From positions 1-22,838 of the forward strand of contig CAYZRF010000027.1 of NCBI GenBank assembly GCA_964480775.1: 22,838 bases of DNA, read 5' to 3'. This DNA comes from an uncultured Nitrososphaerota archaeon. GTDB lineage: Archaea > Korarchaeota > Korarchaeia > Korarchaeales > Korarchaeaceae. This document shows, piece after piece, positions 21,125 through 22,838 of this stretch. The stretch's first letter is position 1; each line of letters starts with the position of its first letter. Under the pieces are notes generated by a model that saw only the letters and a program-made list of their open reading frames with translations, made no database searches and was not told the DNA's origin. The position numbers were made by a program, and so were the translations under genes.

Positions 21125-22838
21125 TCATCCTGCCTCGACAAATATCTCATTAACTTCCTGTTTTTCCAGCGTTTTTTCCTTTACAGCGTAATGTTCCGTA
21201 TGTTTCAAGCCCGTTCCTTCAAAAACCAAGAGCCTCATAGCGTTTAAGGTTACCACCAAGGATAGACCTACATCTCCAACTCCAACGGCGACCCAAAGAG
21301 GAACTTTTCCTAAGACTGCGAGAAGGGCAAGAGCAAGCTTAACTGAAACCGCGGTTAGGATATTCTGCTTAACCACACTCATAGTTTTCTTGCTTAAGTC
21401 TATTAGATAAGAGAGCTTCCCTATGCTGTCTTTTAGTAAGACGATATCCCCAGCCTCTATGGCCGCATCGCTACCTATTCCTCCCATTACGACACCAACT
21501 GAAGACCTTGCTAATGCTGGAGCATCGTTAATACCGTCTCCAACCATTGTGGTCACGATTCCAGATTTTGTAAGCTCTTCGACAACGTAAACTTTGTCTT
21601 CAGGCAACAGATTTGCTTTATAGGTCTCTATTCCGATCTCCTTAGCAATGGCTTTGGCAGTGTTCTCGTCGTCGCCCGTCAGCATAAGCGTCTTAAGTCC
21701 AAGCTTCTTAAGTCTCATGAGTAATGGAATGATCTCAGCTCTTGGTACATCTCTAAGAGCTATAACACTGAGTACACCCTCTTTATCCATCAAGAAAACG
21801 CAAGTCTTGCCCTCTGATCTCAACCCAGAAACGACTTCCTCATACTCCAAGCGAGACCCGTTAGCCATCGTTTCAGATCCTATTGCATACCATTTTCCAT
21901 CTATGTTACCGGAGACACCGATTCCTATGTGTACTGAGAAGTTCCTGGGCTGAACGATCTCTATTCCTTCTTTCTTCGCTTTTTCTACAATTGCTTTTGC
22001 AATAGGGTGTTCAGACCTTGTTTCTAGCGAGGCAGCTATCCTTAGCAGGGCTTTAGGAGAAACTTCACTCCTAATAGGTATCACATCGGTTACCTCTAAC
22101 TCACCCTTTGTCAACGTTCCTGTCTTATCAAATGCGAAGACCTCGCTTGAAGCAATTGCCTCCAGATATCTGCTTCCTTTAACCAAAACACCGCTTCTTG
22201 CTGCATTTGTTAACGCAGAAACCATAGATACTGGAATTGAAATGGCAAGAGCACAAGGACAAGAAATAACCAGGAATGAGAGGGACCTATAAATCCAGCT
22301 TGTCTGAAGTGTTCCATATCTCAGAGCAGGAACAGCTATGGAGAGTATTGAGAGCGCCAAAACGGTAGGAGTATAGTACATAGAGAATTTCTCTGTGAAC
22401 CTCTCGTATCTAGACTTACTCTTGCTGTAATGCTCAACTAACTCGAGTACTCTGGCTAAGACGGTATCTTGCTTTTTCTTTGTAACCTTGATCTCCAAAT
22501 AACCATCTAAATTCAAGGTTCCAGCATAGGCCATGTCACCAGGTTTCTTCTCAACAGGAATGGATTCCCCTGTAAGAGGAGCCTCGTTAACCGTGGACCT
22601 ACCTTCTGTCACAATTCCGTCCAATGGGATCTTATCCCCTGGTCTGCAGACGACTATATCCCCTAGTTCAACTTCCTCCACTGGCAAAATAGCTTCAATA
22701 CCGCCCTTCTTGACAACCGCCTTCTCAGGCGATGTTTCCATCAGATCCCTAATCGATTTCCTTGCCTTGTAAGTTGCGTACTCCTCTAGAAAGTTTGCTA
22801 TATAGAATAGAAAGACTACAGCAGCCCCTTCTTCTACT
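21125..22838 (-). CDS. P1B-type heavy-metal-translocating ATPase (Zn/Cd/Co-like), N-terminus outside the window
   Basis: Motifs present: TGES, SCPCAL (CPC), DKTGTLT, SEHPIA (HP), MLTGD, GDGINDAP, and a final-helix GDVG..VTLNAMRL (Asp-containing, ZntA/CadA-like rather than CopA-like). The frame stays open upstream of the listed Met to nt 22838 and reads VEEGAAVVFLFYIANFLEEYATYKARKSIRDLM, a normal P1B TM segment. The gene is therefore truncated by the window edge. Confidence 0.9.
   Translation of the reverse strand, partial: VEEGAAVVFLFYIANFLEEYATYKARKSIRDLMETSPEKAVVKKGGIEAILPVEEVELGDIVVCRPGDKIPLDGIVTEGRSTVNEAPLTGESIPVEKKPGDMAYAGTLNLDGYLEIKVTKKKQDTVLARVLELVEHYSKSKSRYERFTEKFSMYYTPTVLALSILSIAVPALRYGTLQTSWIYRSLSFLVISCPCALAISIPVSMVSALTNAARSGVLVKGSRYLEAIASSEVFAFDKTGTLTKGELEVTDVIPIRSEVSPKALLRIAASLETRSEHPIAKAIVEKAKKEGIEIVQPRNFSVHIGIGVSGNIDGKWYAIGSETMANGSRLEYEEVVSGLRSEGKTCVFLMDKEGVLSVIALRDVPRAEIIPLLMRLKKLGLKTLMLTGDDENTAKAIAKEIGIETYKANLLPEDKVYVVEELTKSGIVTTMVGDGINDAPALARSSVGVVMGGIGSDAAIEAGDIVLLKDSIGKLSYLIDLSKKTMSVVKQNILTAVSVKLALALLAVLGKVPLWVAVGVGDVGLSLVVTLNAMRLLVFEGTGLKHTEHYAVKEKTLEKQEVNEIFVEAG

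Noticed and set aside
1-22838. Search for CRISPR arrays, rRNA or tRNA genes, transposases, integrases, terminal inverted repeats and known defence genes across the whole window.
   Set aside because: I saw no regularly spaced direct repeats, no tRNA cloverleaf with a GTTCGAAT-type T-loop and matching acceptor stem, and no DDE, tyrosine-recombinase or serine-recombinase motifs in any ORF. The window looks like ordinary chromosome.

Overview
AT-rich, gene-dense chromosomal segment that looks archaeal. Evidence: deoxyhypusine synthase, a THUMP/NPPY Trm14-like methyltransferase, Roadblock/LC7, V4R and KaiC/GvpD-like proteins, GGTGAT/GGAGG Shine-Dalgarno motifs, and TATA-like boxes about 25-35 nt upstream of several starts. 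I support 24 protein-coding genes. They include HtpX protease, a CPA2 antiporter, ProC, a multi-Fe-S radical SAM enzyme, deoxyhypusine synthase, an IPCT-like cytidylyltransferase, an LLM oxidoreductase, an MBL hydrolase, a MoaD/ThiS-like beta-grasp protein, a 5'-truncated P1B heavy-metal ATPase running off the right edge, and several uncharacterised membrane or signalling proteins. I found no rRNA, tRNA, CRISPR array, transposase, integrase or recognisable defence island. It reads as core or shell chromosome rather than an accessory island, and I cannot point to a clear-cut novel system. The most interesting items are: (1) a radical SAM enzyme carrying three extra Fe-S motifs, located between proC and a dhs operon that also encodes a membrane protein and a PH-like protein; (2) a tandem KaiC/GvpD-like ATPase with a dead second P-loop, convergent with an ACT-V4R protein, with an orphan Roadblock/LC7 gene nearby; (3) a translationally coupled three-gene membrane operon (LiaI/LiaF-like plus DUF4097-like repeats); (4) a wHTH-polytopic membrane fusion; and (5) a few GC-rich palindromes or hairpins in otherwise AT-rich intergenic spacers. 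All family assignments come from motif recognition by eye. No searches were run.
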